DNA of 64,000 nucleotides, from assembly GCA_903863935.1 (NCBI GenBank), contig CAIPDV010000042.1, forward strand, positions 68,869 to 132,868, given 5' to 3'. The stretch's first letter is position 1; the number at the start of each line of letters is the position of its first letter. Of this stretch, positions 29,049-38,978 are shown in pieces. The DNA is from an uncultured Bacteroidota bacterium (GTDB taxonomy: Bacteria; Bacteroidota; Bacteroidia; JABEUT01). The notes under the pieces are model-generated. The model ran no database searches and was not told the origin of the DNA. It saw nothing but the letters and a program-made list of their open reading frames with translations. The position numbers and the translations under genes are program-made.

Positions 29049-30085
29049 GCTTTCTTAGAAAACTCTAATCTTGCTTTAGGCACAAGATCTATATCTGCAA
29101 ATTCTTTCTTCAGGAATTTGTAATATCCAACTATTCCAATCATAGCTGCATTATCGGTACAATACTGCATTTTTGGTATGTATACTTTCCAGCTATATTT
29201 ATCAGCAGCCTCAGCTACTGCTTTACGTAATCCTGAATTAGCAGCTACTCCTCCTGCTATAGCTATTTCTTTCACACCAGTTTGCTGTGCTGCTTTGGTA
29301 ATTTTATCTATTAGGATCGAAACCACACGATATTGAAAAGATGCACAGAGGTCGTTTTTATGTTCTTCCGCAAAATTGGGGTTTGCCAATTTTCCATCCC
29401 TTACCAGATAAAGGAATGAGGTCTTCAAACCACTAAAGCTAAAATTAAGTTCAGGAATATGAGGCGTTGGAAAATTGAAAGCCTTAGGATTTCCAAGTGC
29501 AGCAAACTTATCTACTAAAGGTCCGCCGGGATAAGGCAGTGTCATTATCTTTGCCGCTTTATCGAACGCCTCTCCGGCTGCATCATCAAGGGTTTGACCT
29601 AATATTTCCATATCGAAATAATCTCTAACCAAAACAATTTGGGTATGTCCACCCGAAACTGTCAAACATAAAAAGGGAAAGGATGGTGGATTAAATTCCT
29701 CACCCGGTGTTCGTATAAAATGTGAAAGGATATGCGCCTGCATGTGGTTCACCTCAATAAGCGGCTTATTCAACCCTATACTTAATGCCTTCGCAAATGA
29801 AACACCTACCAACAAAGAACCCATCAAACCAGGGCCTCTTGTAAGCGCGATTGCATCAATTTCTTCCTTTTTTATACCGGCTTTTTTTAAAGCTATATCA
29901 ACAACAGGTACAATATTCTGCTGGTGGGCTCGTGAGGCCAATTCCGGTACCACCCCTCCGAAATCGTGGTGCACCTGCTGACCTGCCACCACATTGGAAA
30001 GAAGCAGGTTTCCGGAGAGAACAGCAGCACAAGTGTCATCGCAGGAAGATTCAATGGCTAAAATCTTCACATTCCGCTCATCCAT
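29045..30085 (-). CDS. tsaD: tRNA N6-adenosine threonylcarbamoyltransferase
   Basis: 346 aa. N-terminal ILAIESSCDDTCAAV, plus HMQAHI and the C-terminal CTDNAAMIG. Confidence 0.9.
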   Translation of the reverse strand: MDERNVKILAIESSCDDTCAAVLSGNLLLSNVVAGQQVHHDFGGVVPELASRAHQQNIVPVVDIALKKAGIKKEEIDAIALTRGPGLMGSLLVGVSFAKALSIGLNKPLIEVNHMQAHILSHFIRTPGEEFNPPSFPFLCLTVSGGHTQIVLVRDYFDMEILGQTLDDAAGEAFDKAAKIMTLPYPGGPLVDKFAALGNPKAFNFPTPHIPELNFSFSGLKTSFLYLVRDGKLANPNFAEEHKNDLCASFQYRVVSILIDKITKAAQQTGVKEIAIAGGVAANSGLRKAVAEAADKYSWKVYIPKMQYCTDNAAMIGIVGYYKFLKKEFADIDLVPKARLEFSKKA

Positions 30086-30096
30086 TATTTCTAACT

Positions 30097-33000
30097 TTGT
30101 TAATTAATTCAATCACCAAAGGTATTAAAAAGCTAAGGAAAATACTGTCCGTTATTCTTACCTTCATAGCGGTAGTGTTACTTTTTTTGAACCTGCTCAT
30201 CAATTTTCCTGCTGTTCAAACGGCTCTCACCCACTCTCTTGCCGATTATTATTCGAAAAAATTGCATGTTAAAATCCGTATCGGCAAAGTTGAATTTGAA
30301 TTCCTGAAAAAGCTGGTTTTAAAAGATGTTTATATAGAAGACCAGCATGCCGATACTTTGCTTTGCGCCAGCACTATAAAATTGGATATCGGGCAACTTA
30401 GCTTTAAGAATCATCAGCTTTTTTTAAGTAACGTAATTTTAGATAAAGCTACCATTCACCTTACCACTTACAAGAAAGATTCTGCTTTAAACTTCCAATT
30501 CCTCATTGATGCCTTTGCATCAAAAGATACCACAAAAAATGTTGCTCCCGGATGGAAAATAGCATTGGGTAAAATCACATTGAACAACATTGATTTCCGT
30601 TTATTAAATCAACACGACACTACGCCCGATACATATGGTGTGATATTTTCCAATCTTCGGGTACATGATTTGAATGCGCGGATAAATACCATTAAATTTT
30701 TAGGCGATACAATACGCGCCACCATTGAAAATCTTTCCGCTAAAGAGCAAAGTGGATTTAATCTGCAACGTTTTTCATGCTTTGTAAACCTGTCGCCAAG
30801 GCGTATGGAACTTGATGAACTCAAAATCATCACTCCCAATACTGAAATTTCCACTGATCTGGTTTTCAGATATAACAAATTCTCCGATTTTGATGACTTT
30901 ATAAACAAGGTTGACATGAAAGCTGATTTCCATAAAAGCAAAGTATGCTTTCAGGATATAGGGTATTTTGCTCATTCGCTTAAAGCAGTGCATAACTGCC
31001 TTACCATATCAGGCGAATACAGGGGAACGGTTAATCACCTTAGCGCGCATAAAATGAATATTGGCTGGGGCAAATACTCAATGCTGGAGGGAGAGGCAGT
31101 TCTCAACAATATTACAGAAATAGATTCCGCCATTATCAAAGTAAATATTACCAATATGGTTACTTCCAAAACAGAAATAGAAGATTTGCCTATTCCACCG
31201 TTTGATCAGGAAAATCATATAGATCTACCGGAGAATATCAGCAAACTTAAAACGATACATTTCACCGGTTTCTTTGATGGAACAATAAAAACTTTCAAGG
31301 CTTCCGGGGCAATAGAAACAGAAATCGGTAATGTTTCGGCTAATTTACACATGTGGGAAAAACGGGGAAGTAAAGAACCTGAATACAGTGGAAAAATTGA
31401 AACCAAAGATTTTGACCTGGGTGCATTCTGGCAAATTCCACAAATTGGTGCGGTTACTACATCCGTTACTATTAATGGAACAGGTTTGAAAAAGGAAAAT
31501 GCAGATGCAAGCCTTTCAGGAGTGATTGAAAGTATAACCGTCTTGAAATACAAATATCAAAATTCAGCAGTAACAGGCGAATTAAAGAAAGGATACTTTT
31601 CCGGTTTGGTGAAAATTATCGATCCGCATTTGCTTATGGATTTTAACGGGAAAATAAACCTGGAGTCTAAAAACAGTGTATTCCAGTTTGAAACCCATAT
31701 TGACAAAGCAAACCTCACAGCCCTTCACTTTATTAAAGATACGAATACAGTTGCTTTTTTATCGAGCCATATTAAAGTGAATGCAACAGGAAACTCGCTG
31801 GATAATCTGGAAGGCTCCGTTTATATTGACAGCACAATGTATGCCATTCATACAAGTGTTTACCATCTTAAAACACTATCCCTTACTTCAGCGGTAAAAG
31901 GAGATTATCATGATATAAATCTGAAATCTGATTATGCTGATGGTGAACTATCGGGCCATTTTCACCTTGCCAACACAATAGAATGTTTGCAAAATCTATT
32001 ATCGAATTATATTCCAAACGTTTTCCCGAAAGAAAAAAATGCGAAAGGAGTAAAAGAGGATGCCCACGATTATGCACTAACGTTGCGCTTTAACGAGGAT
32101 ACAGGGCTTACAAATCTATTTGTTCCCGGATTAAGAATTGCCCAGGGCACTCTTATTAAAGGTCGTTATAATGAAGCCTCCAACAATTTTAATTTAAGCG
32201 GTTCTTCGGAAGAAATAGATATCTCGGCAAAGAAACTTAAGAATTGGAATATTTCTGCCTCAGGTGATCAATCCTCCATGGTTTTTAATTCCGGCTGCGA
32301 TACCTTGTTTTTAAGTGATAGTTTATATGCGGCTAGTTTTGCACTTAATGGCAACATACGAAAAGACACTATTCACTACACAATTGCCTGGAATAATGAT
32401 TCAGGAAATTTTGCAAATATCCCCGGGTTTGTAGGCTTCCCTTCCAAATCAAAAATTGCATTCCGCTTTTTACACCCCGTTATAAGCATGGTAGATTCTG
32501 TCTGGAAAATAAACGATGAAAACCTTATTGTGTACGATTCTTCCCGATGGTCTATCCTTTCATTTATTATTTCTCATAACCGGCAATCTTCTATTTCTCT
32601 CAAAGGTGTTGTTTCAAACTACCACGATGATAAACTTGGCATAGAATTACATAATTTGAATTTAGCGAGTTTCAAACTTGGCAGTACTCCTTTAGCAGGG
32701 GAGTTGAATGGAACCGCATCCATTTCCGATTTATTTGATCATCCTTATTTCATAAGTGCCATCAATTTTACCGGCCTTACATTCAATAAGGAATATATAG
32801 GCGATGGCAATGTGAATTGCAGTTGGGATACTTCATCTCAAGCTATAGTTGTTGATGCTCACGTAACGCACCATGGCACGCCGGTACTTACAGCCACCGG
32901 AAAGTATACCCCCGGCAATAATACCAATAGTTTAAGTATTGATGCAGGTCTTACAGCTTTTCCAACAAAACTGTTTCAGCCTTATTTAAAAGTTGTAAGT

Positions 33001-34551
33001 TCTGTGTTGGATGGTTCGGTAACAGGCCAGGCGCATATTTCGGGAGAGCCGTCCAAACCAATAATTACCGGAAATGTGAATGTCGTTTTAAAACAAATGA
33101 AGTTCGATTACTTGAATACATCCTATCACTCGCCAAGTATAAATGTGGATATTGTACCAGATACATTTAAAATCAATTCTTCGCAACTAATAGATGAAAA
33201 GGGAAATTCTGCCACATTGAGCGGAACATTTACACACACTAATTTTAAAGACCTACAGATGGATCTGAATATAGATGCCACAAACTTTTTATGCCTGAAT
33301 ACAGGAGAAGGGAATAATAGCGCGTACTTCGGAACTGCCTACGCAACGGGTAATTTAGAAGTATACGGACCTCTGGATGCACTCACTGTGTATGCCAATG
33401 TTACAACCGAGAAAAACACCACATTCAATATTTCATTGGATAACTCATCCGATGTTGATCAGGGAAATTATATTCAGTTTAAGAACAAAGGAAAAAATAA
33501 AAATAAATCCTCTGCTTACAAAGTGACACTTGGTGGAATACAAATGGATTTTACGATTCATGTTACTCCTGATGCCAAAGCGAGAATTCTTTTTTCATCC
33601 AAGGGTGAGGTATTGGAAAGTCAGGGTTATGGAACGATTAAATTCGGCATGGATAATATTGGGGTAATTAATATGCGTGGTACCTATACCGTTGAAAGTG
33701 GATATTACAACTTTGTTCTTCAGAACATCATCAATAAAAAATTCCTGTTGCAATCCGGCGGAAACATAACATGGAATGGGGATCCTTACAATGCTGATAT
33801 TAATTTAACCACTGTTTATGCAACATCAGCATCTCTTGAACCTTTTTATCCATCGGATATTTCAGGCATATACAACAAGAGGGTTCAGGTAAATTGCAAC
33901 CTTGATCTGTCAGGTAAATTAGCTTCTCCGTTAATTAAATTTGGTATTGATCTGCCTACCGTAGACAATGACACCAAGAGCTATGTTGAAAGCACATTAA
34001 GTAACCAGGATGAATTAACAACCCAGGTGTTCGGGTTACTACTTATCAATAGCTTTATGCCTGTTGGCAGCGGTATTGGAAGCACAATAGGAAACAACGT
34101 TGCCGGGGCAAGTTCAGCACAAATTTTATCGAACCAGCTTACCAACATGTTTAATAATATAAATAAAAATTTTAATATTGCTTTAGATTATCAACCGGGC
34201 ACTGCCCTTAATCCTACCGAAGTAAAATTGGCATTTTCAAAGCAATTCTTTAACAATAAAGTAGAGGTAAAAACTGATGTTGGTGCTATAAGTTCCACAA
34301 ACCAAACAAACCCAGGAAGTAATGTTGTTGGTGAAGTGACGGTTGAATATAAGATAACAAAAAATGGGAAATTAAGGGCTAAAGCATTCAATAAAGCCAA
34401 TGATAACACCGCTTTATATACCAACTCCCCCTACACGCAAGGTGCGGGTTTCTCCTACAAAGAGGGATTCAACGTTTGGAGAGAACTCTGGCATAAAATG
34501 TTTGGCAAAAAAACACCAGATGCCAAAGCACCTATCGGTACAAATAAATAA
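30097..34551 (+). CDS. TamB/AsmA-like translocation-and-assembly-module protein (about 1480 aa)
   Basis: An in-frame TTG at 30097 gives an N-terminal TM anchor (KKLRKILSVILTFIAVVLLFLNLL). The protein is long, beta-rich and low-complexity, with a C-terminal segment (EVKTDVGAIS...GEVTVEYKITKNGKLRAKAFNKAND) typical of the TamB C-terminal domain. The ORF-track start at 29851 would overlap tsaD on the opposite strand and is rejected. Confidence 0.55.
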   Translation: MLINSITKGIKKLRKILSVILTFIAVVLLFLNLLINFPAVQTALTHSLADYYSKKLHVKIRIGKVEFEFLKKLVLKDVYIEDQHADTLLCASTIKLDIGQLSFKNHQLFLSNVILDKATIHLTTYKKDSALNFQFLIDAFASKDTTKNVAPGWKIALGKITLNNIDFRLLNQHDTTPDTYGVIFSNLRVHDLNARINTIKFLGDTIRATIENLSAKEQSGFNLQRFSCFVNLSPRRMELDELKIITPNTEISTDLVFRYNKFSDFDDFINKVDMKADFHKSKVCFQDIGYFAHSLKAVHNCLTISGEYRGTVNHLSAHKMNIGWGKYSMLEGEAVLNNITEIDSAIIKVNITNMVTSKTEIEDLPIPPFDQENHIDLPENISKLKTIHFTGFFDGTIKTFKASGAIETEIGNVSANLHMWEKRGSKEPEYSGKIETKDFDLGAFWQIPQIGAVTTSVTINGTGLKKENADASLSGVIESITVLKYKYQNSAVTGELKKGYFSGLVKIIDPHLLMDFNGKINLESKNSVFQFETHIDKANLTALHFIKDTNTVAFLSSHIKVNATGNSLDNLEGSVYIDSTMYAIHTSVYHLKTLSLTSAVKGDYHDINLKSDYADGELSGHFHLANTIECLQNLLSNYIPNVFPKEKNAKGVKEDAHDYALTLRFNEDTGLTNLFVPGLRIAQGTLIKGRYNEASNNFNLSGSSEEIDISAKKLKNWNISASGDQSSMVFNSGCDTLFLSDSLYAASFALNGNIRKDTIHYTIAWNNDSGNFANIPGFVGFPSKSKIAFRFLHPVISMVDSVWKINDENLIVYDSSRWSILSFIISHNRQSSISLKGVVSNYHDDKLGIELHNLNLASFKLGSTPLAGELNGTASISDLFDHPYFISAINFTGLTFNKEYIGDGNVNCSWDTSSQAIVVDAHVTHHGTPVLTATGKYTPGNNTNSLSIDAGLTAFPTKLFQPYLKVVSSVLDGSVTGQAHISGEPSKPIITGNVNVVLKQMKFDYLNTSYHSPSINVDIVPDTFKINSSQLIDEKGNSATLSGTFTHTNFKDLQMDLNIDATNFLCLNTGEGNNSAYFGTAYATGNLEVYGPLDALTVYANVTTEKNTTFNISLDNSSDVDQGNYIQFKNKGKNKNKSSAYKVTLGGIQMDFTIHVTPDAKARILFSSKGEVLESQGYGTIKFGMDNIGVINMRGTYTVESGYYNFVLQNIINKKFLLQSGGNITWNGDPYNADINLTTVYATSASLEPFYPSDISGIYNKRVQVNCNLDLSGKLASPLIKFGIDLPTVDNDTKSYVESTLSNQDELTTQVFGLLLINSFMPVGSGIGSTIGNNVAGASSAQILSNQLTNMFNNINKNFNIALDYQPGTALNPTEVKLAFSKQFFNNKVEVKTDVGAISSTNQTNPGSNVVGEVTVEYKITKNGKLRAKAFNKANDNTALYTNSPYTQGAGFSYKEGFNVWRELWHKMFGKKTPDAKAPIGTNK

Positions 34552-34555
34552 AGAG

Positions 34556-37180
34556 CTATAAATTCTCCAATTGCTTTTCCAATGCCTGAATTTTTGATTC
34601 GGCATCGGCCTTTTTATTCTTTTCGTTTTGAATTACCTCAGGCTTGGCATTGCTGACAAATTTCTGATTGCTCAACTTTGCCTCAACAGACCGCAGGAAT
34701 CCTTTGTTGTAATCAAGTTCTTTCAGTAGCTTTTCTTTCTCCTGGCTTTTATCCAATACAACACCTTCGGGCAAAGTGAATATAAATTCGTGGTCTTTCA
34801 ACACAAAACTTAACTTATCCTTTCCTTCATCCGTCAATGTATTGGAAGATTGATAAACGGAACCGGATAACTCCATATCTGATGGAAGAATACCAATACT
34901 TGCAGGATCCGGAGACACTAAAATTAATCGCTGTTTTAACGGAAGATTTATTTGCTGATGCAAGTTGCGTCCGTTTCTCACAAATGATTTACGGATTTCC
35001 TCAAAATGAGAAACCATTGCATTGTCAAATTTCCCGCTTGCCGGAAAATCACTTACTATAATTCTGTCTTTGCCTTCTCTTTGCCTTATATTATCCCAGA
35101 TTTCCTCTGTAATAAAAGGCATGAACGGATGAACAAGTTTCAACAAAACTTCAAGGTAATTTATAGTGTCGTCATAAATTTTTTGCGGAAAACCATTCCT
35201 GCAGGAAATCTTTATTCGCTCAAGGTATTCTGAACAATAGTCATCCCAAACAAGCTTGTAAATAGCCATCAAAGCCTCAGAAATACGGTATGAACTGAAA
35301 TGCAGCTCAATGATCGCAATTTGTTCTTCTAACTTATTTTTAAACCAAAGTGAATTTTTCAAAGCATCTTCACTCGGTTCCGTATTTTCCGGTTTCCAGG
35401 TGGAGATAAGCCGGAATGAATTCCATAGTTTATTTGAAAAATTACGCCCCTGTTCGCAAAGTGATTCATCAAACGGAAGGTCGTTACCGGCCGGTGAACA
35501 CAAAAGAATTCCAACTCTTACTCCATCGGCACCGAATTGAGCAATCAGGTCGAGCGGGTCAGGTGAATTGCCCAACGATTTACTCATTTTACGCCCCTGT
35601 TTATCGCGAACAATTCCGGTGAGATAAACATTTTTAAATGGTTCTTTTCCCAAATATTCATATCCTGCTATAATCATACGTGCCACCCAGAAGAAAAGAA
35701 TTTCAGGTGCTGTTACAAGGTCATTGGTTGGGTAGTAATAGTTAATGTCTTTGTTTCCGGGAGATTTAAAACCATCGAAAACACTGATCGGCCAAAGCCA
35801 AGAAGAGAACCAGGTATCCAAGACATCTTCATCCTGACGAATATTTGCAGAGCCGCAATGAGGGCATTTCTCAGGGTTTGTTTCTGAAACAATTGCCTCT
35901 CTGCACGCAGGCATAGGAGCATCAATGCAATAATAAGCCGGAATACGCTGCCCCCACCAAAGCTGGCGTGAAATGCACCAATCGTGCACATTTTCCATCC
36001 AGTGGCGATAGGTATTAATGTATTTTTCCGGAATTAATTTTATAGTTCCGTTCAGAACATTTTCCAGTGCCGGCTTTGAAATTTGATCCATCTTTAAAAA
36101 CCATTGCATGGAAAGTTTCGGCTCTATAACCGCATTGGTACGCTCGGAGTAGCCTACCTTGTTTCGGATATTATCAACTTTTACAATGTGTCCAAGCTCG
36201 TCAAGGTCTTTCACTATTTTCTCGCGGACAACAAATCTATCTTCCCCAATATAAAATCCTGCTTCCTTACTCATCGTACCATCCGGATTAATGGTATCAA
36301 TGATTGGCAGATTATGTTTTACGCCAAGATTATAGTCATTAATATCATGTGCAGGGGTCACCTTTAATGCACCTGTACCAAATTCCATTAAAATATAATC
36401 GTCCGCAATAATAGGCACAGAGCGGTTTACCATAGGTATAATAGCCCTCTTGCCAACCAATTTTTTATAGCGTTCATCATTCGGATGCACACATACTGCC
36501 GTATCACCCAGAATTGTTTCAGGCCGTGTAGTGGCAATAGTTATCCATTCATCGGCCGTGTTTTCAATTTTATATTTTACATAATAAAGTTTTGAGTCGA
36601 CTTCTTTATGAATCACCTCTTCATCCGACACAGCTGTTAATCCTTTTGGGTCCCAGTTTATCATGCGGACTCCACGGTAAATATTTCCTTTTTTATAAAG
36701 ATCGACAAACACTTGCAGAACTGCATCGCTCATGTCCTTATCCATGGTAAAACGCAACCTATCCCAATCGCATGAACAGCCGAGTTTTTTAATTTGCTCG
36801 ATTATAATTCCACCGTATTTCTCTTTCCATTCCCAGGCATATTTCAAAAACTCATTTCTTGTCAGATCATTTTTTGAAATACCCTTTTCTTTCAACATAG
36901 CCACAACTTTTGCCTCCGTTGCAATGGAAGCATGATCAGTCCCCGGCACCCAGCAGGCATTTTTACCTTTCATGCGGGCATGGCGAACCAGCACGTCCTG
37001 AATGGTGTTATTGAGAACATGGCCCATGTGCAATACTCCCGTAACGTTTGGTGGAGGAATAACAATAGTGTAAGGTTCACGCCCATCCGGTTCCGAATGA
37101 AAAAATCCATTCTCCATCCAGTAGCTATACCACTTTTCTTCGCTTTTTTTCGGGTCGTATATTTTAGAAATCTCTTCCAT
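34556..37180 (-). CDS. valS: Valine--tRNA ligase
   Basis: 874 aa. HIGH-type motif PPPNVTGVLHMGH, a KMSKS motif, and a C-terminal coiled coil. Confidence 0.95.
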   Translation of the reverse strand: MEEISKIYDPKKSEEKWYSYWMENGFFHSEPDGREPYTIVIPPPNVTGVLHMGHVLNNTIQDVLVRHARMKGKNACWVPGTDHASIATEAKVVAMLKEKGISKNDLTRNEFLKYAWEWKEKYGGIIIEQIKKLGCSCDWDRLRFTMDKDMSDAVLQVFVDLYKKGNIYRGVRMINWDPKGLTAVSDEEVIHKEVDSKLYYVKYKIENTADEWITIATTRPETILGDTAVCVHPNDERYKKLVGKRAIIPMVNRSVPIIADDYILMEFGTGALKVTPAHDINDYNLGVKHNLPIIDTINPDGTMSKEAGFYIGEDRFVVREKIVKDLDELGHIVKVDNIRNKVGYSERTNAVIEPKLSMQWFLKMDQISKPALENVLNGTIKLIPEKYINTYRHWMENVHDWCISRQLWWGQRIPAYYCIDAPMPACREAIVSETNPEKCPHCGSANIRQDEDVLDTWFSSWLWPISVFDGFKSPGNKDINYYYPTNDLVTAPEILFFWVARMIIAGYEYLGKEPFKNVYLTGIVRDKQGRKMSKSLGNSPDPLDLIAQFGADGVRVGILLCSPAGNDLPFDESLCEQGRNFSNKLWNSFRLISTWKPENTEPSEDALKNSLWFKNKLEEQIAIIELHFSSYRISEALMAIYKLVWDDYCSEYLERIKISCRNGFPQKIYDDTINYLEVLLKLVHPFMPFITEEIWDNIRQREGKDRIIVSDFPASGKFDNAMVSHFEEIRKSFVRNGRNLHQQINLPLKQRLILVSPDPASIGILPSDMELSGSVYQSSNTLTDEGKDKLSFVLKDHEFIFTLPEGVVLDKSQEKEKLLKELDYNKGFLRSVEAKLSNQKFVSNAKPEVIQNEKNKKADAESKIQALEKQLENL

Positions 37181-37189
37181 CGTTCTATC

Positions 37190-38326
37190 TCAGAATGTTT
37201 TTCGGAATGTTATAAATTTTTTATAGGGTACTACTTGCAAAAGGGCAACCAGTAAGTGAATCATCTTCTCATTAAAGTCGCCTATCCAGCTTATTAAAAT
37301 TTTGTCGTAGGTTTTCTTGGGCTGTATTATTTTTCCAAGCTCTGTAAATATTCCTGCTTCCAATCCTTTTCCCTGGTATTCCGGAATAATTCCGAATACA
37401 ATTCCCATAGTTGCACGCGGTGGTTTGGTTTTCATGTAATAATAGGTTTTGAGTTTTCCAAGCCAGTTAAGGTCGCCATGAACATATTTAAATACTTCAT
37501 TCAATTCAGGAATGGAAACATAAACCCCGACCGGAATATCATTGTGGTATACATACCAGCAGGTATCTTCATCAATTATAGGTTTCATTTTATTCATGAT
37601 CTCCAATGCCCTTTTGCTGGTCATTTCTTCATGGTCGCTCCGTTCTGCAATCCATGCTTTATTATAGATAATCCTGAAATCTTCCGCAAACTTTTCTGCC
37701 TGATCCTTTTTTATACGCTCGAATCTGTATTCCTTATTTCGGGTTACTCTTTCCGCAACGGCATTAAGCCGCGGGTGTGGTGGGTCGGCTGCACTCCTGT
37801 AATAGACAATTTGCTCATAATACTTTGTAAAACCATAGGCTTCAAAAAAACTCCGATAGTAATCCGGGTTATGGTTCATAGTGTAAATAGAAGGCTTATC
37901 TCCACCCTCCGATAACAAGCCCCAATAGCGGTCCTTTTCACCAAAGTTTATAGGTCCATCCATGGCTTTCATTTCCCTTTCTACCAACCAATCCTTGCAT
38001 TTATCAAAAAGCATAAATGCAGCATCTTTATCATTGATGCATTCAAAAAAACCCATCCCTCCGGTAGGTTGCTCGAAAGTAAAAGCAGTTTTTTTATTTA
38101 TGAATGCGGCAACTCGCCCAACAGGTTCATTTTTTTCATTGTACAAAACCCACCTGGTAGAATCCCCATGAGAAAAATAGGGGTTCTTGGTTCGATCAAA
38201 AACAGTTTCAACCTCTTGCTTAATGTGTGGAACCCAATTGGGGTCTCCCGCATAAATTTTAAAAGGCAGTTTATGAAAATCCTGAATACTTTTCTTATCC
38301 TTTACCTCTATTAAAGTATAAGTCAT
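37190..38326 (-). CDS. Hypothetical protein, possibly a double acyl-CoA N-acyltransferase (GNAT/Fem-like) fold
   Basis: 378 aa with two internally similar halves of about 170 aa. No catalytic motif identified with confidence. Confidence 0.3.
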   Translation of the reverse strand: MTYTLIEVKDKKSIQDFHKLPFKIYAGDPNWVPHIKQEVETVFDRTKNPYFSHGDSTRWVLYNEKNEPVGRVAAFINKKTAFTFEQPTGGMGFFECINDKDAAFMLFDKCKDWLVEREMKAMDGPINFGEKDRYWGLLSEGGDKPSIYTMNHNPDYYRSFFEAYGFTKYYEQIVYYRSAADPPHPRLNAVAERVTRNKEYRFERIKKDQAEKFAEDFRIIYNKAWIAERSDHEEMTSKRALEIMNKMKPIIDEDTCWYVYHNDIPVGVYVSIPELNEVFKYVHGDLNWLGKLKTYYYMKTKPPRATMGIVFGIIPEYQGKGLEAGIFTELGKIIQPKKTYDKILISWIGDFNEKMIHLLVALLQVVPYKKFITFRKTF

Positions 38327-38329
38327 ATT

Positions 38330-38833
38330 TTAATCTTTAAGAATTACCGATTCTTTTCCCTTAGTTTTTAAGTTAACCTTAATATGTTCCTGTAAAGTAG
38401 TTGAAATTGATAGCCCGGTATAGTCCGATTTTATTGGAAATATGGTATGATTCCGGTCTACAAGTACTGCAATGCGCAGCGACTTAACAGGGAATTGCAA
38501 AATAGTCTTCATACAATACGACAACATTTGCCCGGTATTCAGCACATCATCTACAAGTATAACCGTTTTCCCGGAAAGGTTTATTTTCTTATCTAATTTC
38601 ACCCCACCTTCTTTGGCAAGCGATTTCTTATCTACATCAACCTTTGTGAGAATGATTTTAAGCGGCGAGATCTTTTTTAGTATCTGTTCAAGCTTTTGGG
38701 CAAGTTCAAATCCCCCCGGATAAGTACCAGCCAGCACCACTTCCTTTTCAGTTGAATTATCTTCATATATCTCATATGCAATACGAGTTATCTTCTTTTC
38801 AATCTGGTCGGTATTTAAAATTGAAGTCTCCAT
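38330..38833 (-). CDS. Phosphoribosyltransferase-family protein, PyrR-like (pyr operon regulator/uracil PRTase)
   Basis: 167 aa. PRPP-binding motif VILVDDVLNTGQM. Confidence 0.55.
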   Translation of the reverse strand: METSILNTDQIEKKITRIAYEIYEDNSTEKEVVLAGTYPGGFELAQKLEQILKKISPLKIILTKVDVDKKSLAKEGGVKLDKKINLSGKTVILVDDVLNTGQMLSYCMKTILQFPVKSLRIAVLVDRNHTIFPIKSDYTGLSISTTLQEHIKVNLKTKGKESVILKD

Positions 38834-38978
38834 TTCACCTAATTTTCGTCAAAGGTAAAAAACAAGAGGGAAATAGTGTAATGGATTCTGTGTTTGTTTA
38901 TGAGCAATCATTAACAAACACAGAGATTGAATATAAAACCTTGTGATTAAAGCCTATAAAATCAAATGAAAAAGCCCT

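Noticed and set aside
29851-30096. N-terminal 82-codon extension of the TamB-like ORF in the ORF track (start at 29851)
   Set aside because: It lies entirely inside tsaD on the opposite strand and contains no TM or signal features. An in-frame TTG at 30097 sits immediately before the hydrophobic anchor and just after the tsaD start. The extension is therefore treated as an ORF-calling artefact.
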